The position numbers and the translations under genes are program-made. DNA of 64,000 nucleotides from a candidate division WOR-3 bacterium. Its GTDB lineage: Bacteria > Hydrothermota > Hydrothermia > LBFQ01. The number at the start of each line of letters is the position of its first letter. Positions within the stretch are counted from its first letter, which is position 1. A model generated the notes under the pieces. It was not told the origin of the DNA. It saw only the letters and a list, made by a program, of their open reading frames with translations, and made no database searches. The DNA lies in NCBI GenBank assembly GCA_039802605.1, contig JBDRWW010000002.1:64001-128000 (forward strand), in the 5' to 3' direction. Below, piece by piece: positions 10,197 through 19,200 of the stretch.

Positions 10197-10484
10197 ATGA
10201 GGGAATACGAGGTGGCTTTATTGCTAAGCCCTCAGCAGGGCGACGAGTCCCATGCTGAGTCCATAGAAAAGGTAAAGGATTTTATATTGAAAAACGGCGG
10301 GGAGATTTTGGAAGAGGAGGATTGGGGCATTAGAAAGTTGGCATATCCCATAAAAAAGCAGGAATACGGAAGGTATTACTTCATACGCTTTAAATCCCCC
10401 CCGAATGTCGCCTACGACTTGAACAATCACATAAGGCTTATGAGGGCATTTCTAAGGCATATGATAGTAAGGAGGGATGACTGA
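10197..10484 (+). CDS. rpsF: 30S ribosomal protein S6
   Basis: MREYE...DWGIRKLAYPIKK; start set to ATG 10197, 9 nt after TATAAT. Confidence 0.97.
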   Translation: MREYEVALLLSPQQGDESHAESIEKVKDFILKNGGEILEEEDWGIRKLAYPIKKQEYGRYYFIRFKSPPNVAYDLNNHIRLMRAFLRHMIVRRDD

Positions 10485-10918
10485 TGGGTGAGGAAAAGCT
10501 TATACGTATGCCTAATATAAATTTTGTTATACTGAGTGGGAGGTTGGTTGCGGATGCGGAGAGGAGGGTTTCAAATAACGGCAAAGGATACTTAAAAATG
10601 AGGATAGCGGTGGATCAAAGTTTCAAAAGTGGAGACACTTGGAAAAACGATACCCTTTTCATAAATGTCTTGTATTCCATACGGGACAGCCTTAGAATGG
10701 ATGAAGTGCTTAAAAGGCTTTTAAAGGGGGTACCCGTTGTGGTTGAGGGGAAATTGAGGTATAGGGAATGGGAAACGGAAGGCAAAAGGTATCAGGATTA
10801 TTTCATAAACGCTTATAGGGTTCAGATTTTGGAAAAGAAGGTGGGGCAACAGATTGAAGGGGAATTTTCCGATTTGGACGAGGAAGAAGGTTTGCCGCCG
10901 GAGGATATACCATTTTAA
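10484..10918 (+). CDS. ssb: Single-stranded DNA-binding protein
   Basis: NFVILSGRLVAD, VVVEGKL, acidic tail EDIPF; rpsF-ssb-rpsR order. Confidence 0.96.
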   Translation: MGEEKLIRMPNINFVILSGRLVADAERRVSNNGKGYLKMRIAVDQSFKSGDTWKNDTLFINVLYSIRDSLRMDEVLKRLLKGVPVVVEGKLRYREWETEGKRYQDYFINAYRVQILEKKVGQQIEGEFSDLDEEEGLPPEDIPF

Positions 10919-10931
10919 AAGGAGGTGAAAT

Positions 10932-11126
10932 ATGGGGAACAAAAAGGGAAGGACATTTGATTATAAGGATGTGGAAACTTTAAGCAAATACATTTCGCCT
11001 ACCGGTAAAATCCTCCCGAGGAAATATACAAAACTCTCCGCAAAGGAGCAGAGGAGACTGGCAAAAGCCATAAAGAGGGCGAGGATAATGGCGTTATTAC
11101 CATTCGTAAGGGAGTATGTGGTATGA
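10932..11126 (+). CDS. rpsR: 30S ribosomal protein S18
   Basis: DYKD...GKILPR...[13 protein letters not shown]; one of few genes with a clear SD (AAGGAGGTG). Confidence 0.97.
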   Translation: MGNKKGRTFDYKDVETLSKYISPTGKILPRKYTKLSAKEQRRLAKAIKRARIMALLPFVREYVV

Positions 11127-11575
11127 AATATATGAACGTATTTCTGGTTAGGGATGTGCCAAAACTCGGAAAAGCGGGGAGTGTAGTTAAGGTAAAATGG
11201 GGATATGCCAAAAACTACCTAATACCTAAGGGGTTTGCGGTTGAAGCCACGGAATCCGTGTTGAAATCCTACGAAAATATGCAAAAGATGAGACAACTAT
11301 CCCTTCAAAGGAAAAAGAAAAGGTTGGAAAAGTTGGCCTCCGAAATATCAAAGCAAAAACTCTTATTCATACTCAAAACGAATGAAGAGGGAAAACCCTA
11401 TGGCTCCGTTTCGCCTTCGGATATAGCCAATAAATTAAAGGAAAAGGGTATAGGGGTGGATAGGAATATGGTTCAAACGGAACCCATATCGGAATTTGGG
11501 ACATTCCAGGTGCCCATAAAACTCCACCCAGAAATCGTAGCAACCGTCAAAGTTGTTGTAGAACCGGAAAAATGA
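11123..11575 (+). CDS. rplI: 50S ribosomal protein L9
   Basis: [33 protein letters not shown]. Confidence 0.96.
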   Translation: MKYMNVFLVRDVPKLGKAGSVVKVKWGYAKNYLIPKGFAVEATESVLKSYENMQKMRQLSLQRKKKRLEKLASEISKQKLLFILKTNEEGKPYGSVSPSDIANKLKEKGIGVDRNMVQTEPISEFGTFQVPIKLHPEIVATVKVVVEPEK

Positions 11576-12027
11576 AAAACCTTATTGAATTAGAAGTTAA
11601 ATCCGTAGTTATGATAAGCACCACCGAGGGTATACCACAAGCCTTTGCTGTCGTATTAAAGGAGAAAGGTGGTTCCCGTTTGTTGCCCATATACATAGGG
11701 GGTTTTGAGGCCAACGCCATACAAATGGCCAAAGATGGCGAAAGGTTTGAAAGACCTTTAACCCACAACTTAATAGTCAGTATCATAGAAACCTTAGGGG
11801 CAAGGGTTGAGAGGGTTGTAATAAACGATCTAATGGATAACACATTTTTCGCGAGGATAATCCTCAGTAAGGATGATAGAACTTACAGCATTGACGCAAG
11901 GCCATCGGATTCCATAGCGATTGCCCTATTAACAAATGCCCCTATATATGTTAGTGCCCATGTTTTAGAAGAGGCGGGGGAATATTCCGCAGATTGGGAC
12001 GAGGAAGGCCAAGGGGATTGGGAATAA
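11572..12027 (+). CDS. Bifunctional nuclease family protein (DUF151)
   Basis: LPIYIGGFEA, RPLTHNL, IDARPSDSIAIAL. Confidence 0.93.
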   Translation: MKNLIELEVKSVVMISTTEGIPQAFAVVLKEKGGSRLLPIYIGGFEANAIQMAKDGERFERPLTHNLIVSIIETLGARVERVVINDLMDNTFFARIILSKDDRTYSIDARPSDSIAIALLTNAPIYVSAHVLEEAGEYSADWDEEGQGDWE

Positions 12028-12485
12028 CCCTGCTGGTAATTTCTTTACCCAACGACCTTGAAGTTTTATATTATGCCCTTGATTCCGCGTGCGCCTTTGG
12101 GTGCGATTTTAACGGCTATATAGAGTTTTCCGGTATAAGAAATCCCCAATTGGAAAACTATGTATTGTTAAAATATTTAAACATTTCACCGGAATGCACA
12201 ACCCGTATAAACATTATTTCAAGCCGCGTGTCTTATAGCTTTTCTTGGATAAATTATAAAAGGGAGGCGGAGGTTAAAATGATAATAAGATCTTGCGATG
12301 GAAAGGTGGCGTATAGGTATGGCAAATATTCGGATAGGGTACCATTCAACAGGACGAACGATATAAGGGTTCCGGGAATTTCCCCGGATATAAACACAAT
12401 AACACCCTCGTATTTTGAAATAGGCATTACGAGTTTAATGGTTTTGGGTATTTTATATGCCTTTTATGTAATAGAAGGGCAATGA
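12018..12485 (+). CDS. Hypothetical protein with a short hydrophobic N-terminus and a C-terminal TM helix
   Basis: ORF 11994..12485; TTG 12018 is the more plausible start (MGITLLVISLP...), uncertain. Confidence 0.55.
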   Translation: MGITLLVISLPNDLEVLYYALDSACAFGCDFNGYIEFSGIRNPQLENYVLLKYLNISPECTTRINIISSRVSYSFSWINYKREAEVKMIIRSCDGKVAYRYGKYSDRVPFNRTNDIRVPGISPDINTITPSYFEIGITSLMVLGILYAFYVIEGQ

Positions 12486-12766
12486 TGATGTTTAAATTTA
12501 CGGCGGTAATAAGGCTTCTGGAAGATGGGAATTACGAGATACGCTTTCCGGCGATAAAGGGAATTAGGGCGAGGGGTTTTACGGTCATTGACGCCATTGA
12601 GAACGGGGAAAGGGCTTTGAGGAGGTTCTTAGAAGGTAAAATAAACAGGGGTGAGGATATACCATTGGATGTTAAAACCGTTTCCGTTAACACCGAAGAA
12701 TCCGAGGAAATAATTATAACCAAAGTTATAGTTTTCATTGATGAGAAGGGTATGCTTGAAGCGTAA
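12482..12766 (+). CDS. HicB-family antitoxin-like protein
   Basis: FTAVI..EDGNYEIRFP-IKG...GFTVIDAIENGERAL...GEDIP pattern. Confidence 0.8.
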   Translation: MMMFKFTAVIRLLEDGNYEIRFPAIKGIRARGFTVIDAIENGERALRRFLEGKINRGEDIPLDVKTVSVNTEESEEIIITKVIVFIDEKGMLEA

Positions 12767-13797
12767 TGAGAATTCTAATCCTTGCGGATGCGTCCGTATC
12801 CCACCCATACAAATGGGCTAAGATTTTGGAAGATTTGGGGAACGATGTAAGGATATTGACATTTGAAAAACCTTTAAATCACGACCTCGTGGAAAGTTTC
12901 AAATTACCCTTGGGAAGGTTTAAGTATATTTTTGGAATACCAAAAATTGCGGGATATGTTAGGGAGTTTAAACCCCATATCCTTTTCCCCCACTTTTTAC
13001 CCAACTACGGCTTTGTATCGTACTTTTTTAAAGGTTTTAAAATCTTGGCCCTTTGGGGTTCGGACATAATGGCATGGCCTTATAAATCCCCCCTACATAA
13101 AAGATTAGCCGAAAATGTTTTAAAAAAATTTAACTTTATCGTATGCGATGCCTTAATCGTAAAGGATATTCTCGTAAAAGATTTTGGGATTTTGGCCGAA
13201 AAAATATATGTTATTCCCTTTGGCGTTGAAAGGGAAATTAGGGAAAAACCCTTAAAGGATTTACCTACGGATGTTTTAACATTTGTATCAACGCGCAGAA
13301 TTGAGAAGCTGTTTAACCACTTTGAGATTTTGAGGTTTATAAAAAAACTTTCGGAAAGGTTTAAGGTTAAAATCCTCTATCTAAACGATGGTTCTTTGAG
13401 GGAAGAGGTTATAAGGTTTGCAAGGGATCTGAAAATTGATTTTGAATATCTCGGAAAGGTTCCATATGAAGAATATGTTGAGGTTTTACAAAACTCACAC
13501 TTCTGCATATCAATACCTTCAAGGGATGCAACTTCTGTATCCCTTTTGGAGTGTATGGCTTTGGGAAGCGTTCCATTGGTTTCGGACATCCCAGCCAACA
13601 GGGAATGGGTGGATAACAACGGAATATTAACAATACCCAATGCGGATGAGATGTTTAAGGGGTTTATAAGCCGTTTTAGTTGGGATTGGTGGAAGGAGGC
13701 AAGGATGAGAAGTAAAGAGATTGTTATAAAAAGGTGCAATTGGGAGGAGAATGTTAAAAGGTTTTGGTATGAGATATTAAAAGGATTCAGTGTCTGA
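12766..13797 (+). CDS. Glycosyltransferase, GT4 family
   Basis: WGSDI, SVSLLECMALG-VPLVSDIPANREW. Confidence 0.9.
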   Translation: MRILILADASVSHPYKWAKILEDLGNDVRILTFEKPLNHDLVESFKLPLGRFKYIFGIPKIAGYVREFKPHILFPHFLPNYGFVSYFFKGFKILALWGSDIMAWPYKSPLHKRLAENVLKKFNFIVCDALIVKDILVKDFGILAEKIYVIPFGVEREIREKPLKDLPTDVLTFVSTRRIEKLFNHFEILRFIKKLSERFKVKILYLNDGSLREEVIRFARDLKIDFEYLGKVPYEEYVEVLQNSHFCISIPSRDATSVSLLECMALGSVPLVSDIPANREWVDNNGILTIPNADEMFKGFISRFSWDWWKEARMRSKEIVIKRCNWEENVKRFWYEILKGFSV

Positions 13798-15853
13798 AAA
13801 GCCTTTTGCCCGTGAAAACGAGCTTTAAACCCAATTCCTTTGCCCTTTCTATGACCAACTCATCCCTTATTGAACCTCCGGGTTCAACCACAACCTTTAT
13901 GCCAAACTTGTGTGCCAATTCCACCGAATCGGGAAACGGGAAAAACCCATCCGAAACCAAAAACCCACCCTTTGCGTTTTCACCGGCCTTTTCAAGGGCT
14001 ACCCTAACCGCGGTAACCCTATCCACCAACCCGCTACCCACACCGAATAGGGTTTTATCCTTAACCACAACGGCCGCGTTTGACTTTGCCCATTTTACCA
14101 TTTTTAAACCGAACAAAATATCGGAAATCTCATTCTCATCAAAATTACCCACCTTATAATCAAAATTCTCATAAGGTGGCGAATAATCGTTGGTTTGTAT
14201 AAGTATATCGTTTCCGAGCATTAAAAGGTTTATATGCGGAAACCGATATTTAAAGGGGTCTATCCGCAATATGCGCAAGTTTTTCCTTTTGGATAATATC
14301 TCAATTGCCTTTGGAGAGTAATCCGTGGCTATTATTACCTCAAAGAAGTGTTCCCCTAACATCTCCGCCAAATCCTCCTCAACGGCAAAGTTAAAGGCCA
14401 CTATACCCCCAAAGGCGGCCATCATATCACCTTTTAGGGTTTTTTGATAAACTTCCATGGGCGATTCCCCTTCCGCACCCGCGCAGGGGGACATGTGCTT
14501 AACTATAACGCAGGCATACCCTTCAAATTCCGAAACGCAAGAAAATGCGGAAAAGGTATCCAATATGTTGTTGTATGAGAGTTCTTTACCCGAGATTTGT
14601 TCAACGGATGATAAAAATGAGTTGGGGTTTGTTTTTATCCAAGCCTGCTGGTGGGGATTTTCCCCATACCTTAAAGGTTTTGGTTCAGATATATGGATAA
14701 ATATGTTTTTGTGCATATTCGCCCTATCAAGAATTGATGCCAATGTCTCGTATATGTTTATATCGTATTTTGATGTGGTGGCAAAGGCCTTAACCGCAAG
14801 TGAAGCCCTAAGTTCATAAGAAACCTCACCGTTTTCCATTTCATCCATAACCCTCCGTATATCGCTCAAATCGGTTATTACAACCACATACTTAAAGTTT
14901 TTGGCGGCAGCCCTTATAAGTCCAACCCCACCTATGTCTATCATCTCCAGAATCTCTTCAATATCTTCCGTCTTTTGAGCAACTTCCATAAATGGATACA
15001 ATTGTACCAAAACTATATCGATTCTCGGTATGTTCAACTGTTTTGCCACTTCACCCTCGCCATCCCTGCGGTGTAAAATCCCACCAAAGATATAAGGATT
15101 TAAAGTTTTTACCCTACCACCAAATATCTCGGGAAATCCCGTTATTGAAGAAACCTCAAAGGCCAAAATCCCGTTATCGTTGAAAAACTTCGCCGTTCCC
15201 GTTGTGGATATTATGGTATAACCCTTATCCGTTAAAAACTTAGCGAATTCCAAAAGTTCCGGTTTTTTCTCGTAAGCGGTTATTAAAGCATACGGAACCC
15301 TCTCGTTAAAAAGGAATTCAACTATAACATCGAAATACAAAGCGTGTTCAACCGAATGAACCCTATTTTCAAAACTTTCAAGGGATTCTTCATTAAATAA
15401 GGGTATAACCTTCTGGGCGAGTATTGGGCCACCGTCCACCTCCTCCGTCGCTATATGAACGGTTACCCCGGAAAACTTAACCCCACTACTCCAAGCCCTT
15501 TGTATGGCCTTTGTTCCCCTAAAAGATGGCAACAGGGATGGATGAATGTTCAATATTTTCCCCCTAAATTCTTTAATGGTTTCCGGTGGCAATATTTTCA
15601 TAAAGCCCGCCATTACAACCGCATCGACCTTGCCAAAGGAATTTATGGTATTTATGAGTTCTTCACCGGTATCGGATATAACCCTGTATGGTATTCCCAA
15701 CCTTTTAGCCCTCTCTATCGCATAGGATTCGGGATTATCGGTTATTAACGCCAAAACATTTATGGGAAACTTGCTCACCCTTGCCCTTTTAACTATAACC
15801 TCAAAATTTGAACCGTTGCCGGAAGCCAATATTACTATGCGCTTTTCCTTCAA
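13787..15853 (-). CDS. purN/purH: Fused PurN (GAR transformylase) and PurH (AICAR transformylase/IMP cyclohydrolase)
   Basis: N-terminal SGNGSN, AGFMKIL, NIHPSLLP; then GRVKTL, IDIGG, LRYGENPHQ, SDGFFPF, RLFRH. Confidence 0.95.
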   Translation of the reverse strand: MKEKRIVILASGNGSNFEVIVKRARVSKFPINVLALITDNPESYAIERAKRLGIPYRVISDTGEELINTINSFGKVDAVVMAGFMKILPPETIKEFRGKILNIHPSLLPSFRGTKAIQRAWSSGVKFSGVTVHIATEEVDGGPILAQKVIPLFNEESLESFENRVHSVEHALYFDVIVEFLFNERVPYALITAYEKKPELLEFAKFLTDKGYTIISTTGTAKFFNDNGILAFEVSSITGFPEIFGGRVKTLNPYIFGGILHRRDGEGEVAKQLNIPRIDIVLVQLYPFMEVAQKTEDIEEILEMIDIGGVGLIRAAAKNFKYVVVITDLSDIRRVMDEMENGEVSYELRASLAVKAFATTSKYDINIYETLASILDRANMHKNIFIHISEPKPLRYGENPHQQAWIKTNPNSFLSSVEQISGKELSYNNILDTFSAFSCVSEFEGYACVIVKHMSPCAGAEGESPMEVYQKTLKGDMMAAFGGIVAFNFAVEEDLAEMLGEHFFEVIIATDYSPKAIEILSKRKNLRILRIDPFKYRFPHINLLMLGNDILIQTNDYSPPYENFDYKVGNFDENEISDILFGLKMVKWAKSNAAVVVKDKTLFGVGSGLVDRVTAVRVALEKAGENAKGGFLVSDGFFPFPDSVELAHKFGIKVVVEPGGSIRDELVIERAKELGLKLVFTGKRLFRH

Positions 15854-15859
15854 GCGGGA

Positions 15860-15889
15860 ATTTTAATGTTGAAAGTGCAACCGTAAAAT
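15860..15889. promoter_or_regulatory. Divergent -10 boxes (purNH and yggS)
   Basis: TAAAAT 6 nt before each start codon. Confidence 0.7.
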
Positions 15890-15895
15890 TTCCGG

Positions 15896-16531
15896 ATGTA
15901 TAAAGAATTCCTTGAAGAGGTGGAGGAGTTTAAGGAAAAGATAGGTCGTAAGGATGAGATAAAAATAGTTGCCATTTGTAAAGGGGTTTCGGTTGAAAAG
16001 ATTTTAAAAGTTTATGAGGAGGGTTGTAGGGATTTCGGTGAAAATAGGGTTCAAGAGGCGGAGAAAAAAATACCCCTTATCGGAAAACCGGACATAACTT
16101 GGCATATGGTTGGGCATTTACAAAAAAACAAGGTGAACAAGTTTTTAAGGTTATTTGATGTTTTGCACTCCCTTGACGGTGTTGAACTCGCACAAGCAAT
16201 ATCAAAGAGGACATACAAAAAGGTTAAGGTTTTTGTTGAGGTTAATACAAGTGGGGAACCTCAAAAGTTTGGCGTAAAACCAGAAGAAGCCGATAGAATT
16301 ATAGAAATGGTTAAAGAAATCCCAAATTTGGAACTCCTAGGTGTTATGACGGTCGGTCCATATCCGCCTGATGAGTATAAAAGCAGAAAGGCATTTGCCC
16401 TTCTAAGGGAAATAGCGGAGAGGAATAATTTGAGATATATATCCGCGGGTATGACGGAAGATTGGAAATACGCGCTAATGGAAGGGGCAAATGTTTTGAG
16501 GATAAGAAGGGGGATTTTTGGGGAGGGATGA
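15896..16531 (+). CDS. yggS: YggS-family PLP homeostasis protein
   Basis: FGENRVQE, WHMVGHLQKNK, EVNTSGEPQKFG. Confidence 0.94.
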   Translation: MYKEFLEEVEEFKEKIGRKDEIKIVAICKGVSVEKILKVYEEGCRDFGENRVQEAEKKIPLIGKPDITWHMVGHLQKNKVNKFLRLFDVLHSLDGVELAQAISKRTYKKVKVFVEVNTSGEPQKFGVKPEEADRIIEMVKEIPNLELLGVMTVGPYPPDEYKSRKAFALLREIAERNNLRYISAGMTEDWKYALMEGANVLRIRRGIFGEG

Positions 16532-17694
16532 TGTTCCCCTTTATTCCGGATACATCACAAATCGTATATTTTCAAACCTACACATATCAAACCATAAATA
16601 TAAACTCCTGTTATAGGTATGAACTTGAAGCCCTACCCTTTCTAACGCCCGATCAAATAGACATAATCCTTAGGAGGAGACCTTACAGGGATTGGGAGGA
16701 CTTTTTGAGGAAAACCGGTTTTAAGGATTACGAGGTGGAGTATTTAAAAAACTTTTTGGTTTTTGGAAAGGAGAAGTTTTACAAGGTTTTTATAAAGGGT
16801 GGGAATAAAGGATATGTTCTATCATCTGGGGGAAGGAACGAAGATTGGGTATACAACTTCTACCTAGGTAGGGATACATCCTTTTTTATCCTTAAAGAGG
16901 GGTTTTTTAAGGTTTTTCTTGGAAACTCAAAGGTAGTATCTCCGTTGGGTTTTGCCGGACATAGCGGGTATTATTCAAACGAGGGTGAAATATCTTTTGT
17001 TTATTATTCCCAACCTTCGTTTGGAATTGGGATAGGGAAGGCGATTGCGAAAATTGGGAAAAAGGGTGTAATAGGGGGATATTTATCGGAAAATGGTGGG
17101 ATATTGGTATCCAAGGATTCGGTGATTGGGGGAATATCATTTGTTAAATTTGGACCGTTTTCCTTTGAGGGAGCCTTATCAAAGGGATCGTTTGGATTTG
17201 GTGTTAGGGGTTATTCAAGGGATGGGGGCTTTATGGTTAAGTTTTTTAACGGAAAACCATTTTGGAACGAAGGGAGTCAAAGAAATTATTATTCGCTTTG
17301 GTACAGGTGGCACTTTTTGGGGATTAATATGAGGATTTACATATCGTCAAATGGCGAAAGGTTTTCCCTAAGCTTTGGAAAGAACAATGAGAGTGTAAGG
17401 GTTGAATACTTTCAAGTTCCTAGGGTTAATTTAATGCTGAAAAACTTCTTAGCCGGGGCGTGCCCGGGTTGTGTATATGTCGGCATTGAATACCGTTTTT
17501 TCCGGTTTAAGGTTTATTCCTTTACAAAAAGCGGAATCCAGTTTTATGAAGATGCATATTCGTCTAGAACATTTGTTTCATCCGAGGGGTATGCGGCTTT
17601 TTTGGGTTTTAGGTATAAAAACATCGGTTTCTTACTATCCAACAAAGGGAATTCCATAAATTGGGAAATGTGGTTTTTTACCTCTCTGAGATAA
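16528..17694 (+). CDS. Helix-hairpin-helix (ComEA-like) domain plus a Gly/aromatic beta-rich, probably outer-membrane, domain
   Basis: ININS...ELEALPFLT...IILRRRPY; ATG 16528 overlaps the yggS stop (ATGA). Confidence 0.65.
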   Translation: MMFPFIPDTSQIVYFQTYTYQTININSCYRYELEALPFLTPDQIDIILRRRPYRDWEDFLRKTGFKDYEVEYLKNFLVFGKEKFYKVFIKGGNKGYVLSSGGRNEDWVYNFYLGRDTSFFILKEGFFKVFLGNSKVVSPLGFAGHSGYYSNEGEISFVYYSQPSFGIGIGKAIAKIGKKGVIGGYLSENGGILVSKDSVIGGISFVKFGPFSFEGALSKGSFGFGVRGYSRDGGFMVKFFNGKPFWNEGSQRNYYSLWYRWHFLGINMRIYISSNGERFSLSFGKNNESVRVEYFQVPRVNLMLKNFLAGACPGCVYVGIEYRFFRFKVYSFTKSGIQFYEDAYSSRTFVSSEGYAAFLGFRYKNIGFLLSNKGNSINWEMWFFTSLR

Positions 17695-18703
17695 CCGCCA
17701 TCAGGAATTCCTTTGTATAGGGTTCGGTATCAAATACAAAGATTTCCTTAACCTTCAACTTGTTCATTCTGACCTGTTCATACACCCTTTTTGGTTTTCT
17801 CCCGAAGAATACAAAACTATTACCCCATACTTCCGGTATATTTCCCAAAAATCTATCGGTATTTATAACAACCCATTCGTACCTTTCGGTATGGAAAAAG
17901 GAAAAGGACTTAAAACCCAAACTTTCAATTTTAGAAGGTGAGTAGTGAATAATCCTATTCTCCTCCATTTCCCTAAGGATTAGGGGATTTTCCTCAACAT
18001 AGGTGGCAATTGAATTTAATGGGAATAAATAACCCGTCCCCAAAGCCAAAGCGCCCTTAAACCCATCAAAAACCTCCCAAACCTTGGGTAAAATGTAAAG
18101 GTTATCGGGATATATCCCAAAGGGGGAGAGCTTCAACTTAATGCCTTCAACCTCAAAGGGTAAAAACATCTTACCCCTTCCCCCGTTTATGTAATCCATT
18201 TTCCCCTTTACAACCCACCAAATTCCGCCTATACCCTTTCCGGAGTATATTATGTCATAGGTTAGTTTTTTCAAAAAAACTTTCCGCCTAAGGTTCAGGG
18301 TTATAACAACCTCGTCGTCGTTGGTTATGAATGTTATTCCCATTAATTTACCCTTTCCCACCTCCGGGTCCCATGTGCTTATCCTTTCGTTTGAGAGTTG
18401 TTTTTGCAAAAAACCTATAACATCGTTTATCTTAGGCCTCAATATGGGGCATGCGCTTATACCGAAAATTATCCCGGATTCCAAAGAATAGCCCAATATA
18501 ACCTTATCGCGTTTTATCCTCTTTACATTTAAAATCACCCTAAACTTGTAAAACTTATCCTTTGGGGATTCAACTATTTTCGGGTCTATTCCGAAAATTT
18601 CCCTAATTTCGGCAACCTTTATGCGAACACTTCCTTTATAATCAACATCCTGATAAAAACACCTCGGGCATTCTCCGAAGTATCTACAAAAGGGGACCGC
18701 CAA
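17678..18703 (-). CDS. Degenerate RlmD/TrmA-family RNA m5U methyltransferase homologue
   Basis: Fe-S Cys cluster CRYFGECPRC...CPI retained; catalytic motifs degenerate (see findings). Confidence 0.75.
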   Translation of the reverse strand: MAVPFCRYFGECPRCFYQDVDYKGSVRIKVAEIREIFGIDPKIVESPKDKFYKFRVILNVKRIKRDKVILGYSLESGIIFGISACPILRPKINDVIGFLQKQLSNERISTWDPEVGKGKLMGITFITNDDEVVITLNLRRKVFLKKLTYDIIYSGKGIGGIWWVVKGKMDYINGGRGKMFLPFEVEGIKLKLSPFGIYPDNLYILPKVWEVFDGFKGALALGTGYLFPLNSIATYVEENPLILREMEENRIIHYSPSKIESLGFKSFSFFHTERYEWVVINTDRFLGNIPEVWGNSFVFFGRKPKRVYEQVRMNKLKVKEIFVFDTEPYTKEFLMAVISER

Positions 18704-19120
18704 TTACCTTTTAGGGCCAAACAAGGCCTTTATTCTACCCCACGAATGCTCGTCCAGAGAGGATGGAATCTCGTTTTTTCTGCCCGGAGTTGCTACCAAG
18801 AACATCCTGAAATCACCGCGGCCGTCTGGATACCTACCCATGCTCCCCTGAGCGGGGAGGCTAATCCAAGTATAGGAATCAACGGTGTTTGAACCGTTTT
18901 TGAGAACAACGCTATCGGAGTTTATACTCAAACCCATGTAAAAAACCTTATATTCTCCGGGATTAATAACACCAAATAGGTTTAGAGTTCTGTTTTTCGT
19001 TATCAAAGTAAAATCGCTTAAATTTACGGGTGTTGAACCCGTATTATAAATCTCCACCCAACCCGAATCCGAACCTACCACCCCCACTTCGTTGATTACC
19101 AAAGAAAAGGTCAATACCAC
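18704..19120 (-). CDS. Lamin-tail-domain (LTD) protein with a C-terminal SWGRIKALF motif
   Basis: LVINEV, WVEIYNTG..VNLS, SMGRYPDG, ATPGRKN. Confidence 0.85.
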   Translation of the reverse strand: MVLTFSLVINEVGVVGSDSGWVEIYNTGSTPVNLSDFTLITKNRTLNLFGVINPGEYKVFYMGLSINSDSVVLKNGSNTVDSYTWISLPAQGSMGRYPDGRGDFRMFLVATPGRKNEIPSSLDEHSWGRIKALFGPKR

Positions 19121-19129
19121 CAGCTAGAT

Positions 19130-19191
19130 ATTATAAGGGGGAGAAATCCTTTGTCAAGCGGCTTGACAAATAAATCATACCACCTTATAAT
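19130..19191. promoter_or_regulatory. Back-to-back divergent sigma70 promoters
   Basis: + strand TTGACA(19163)-N17-TATAAT; - strand TTGACA(19157)-N16-TATAAT; the -35 boxes form the palindrome TTTGTCAAGC-G-GCTTGACAAA. Confidence 0.85.
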
Positions 19192-19200
19192 GCCCGTACT

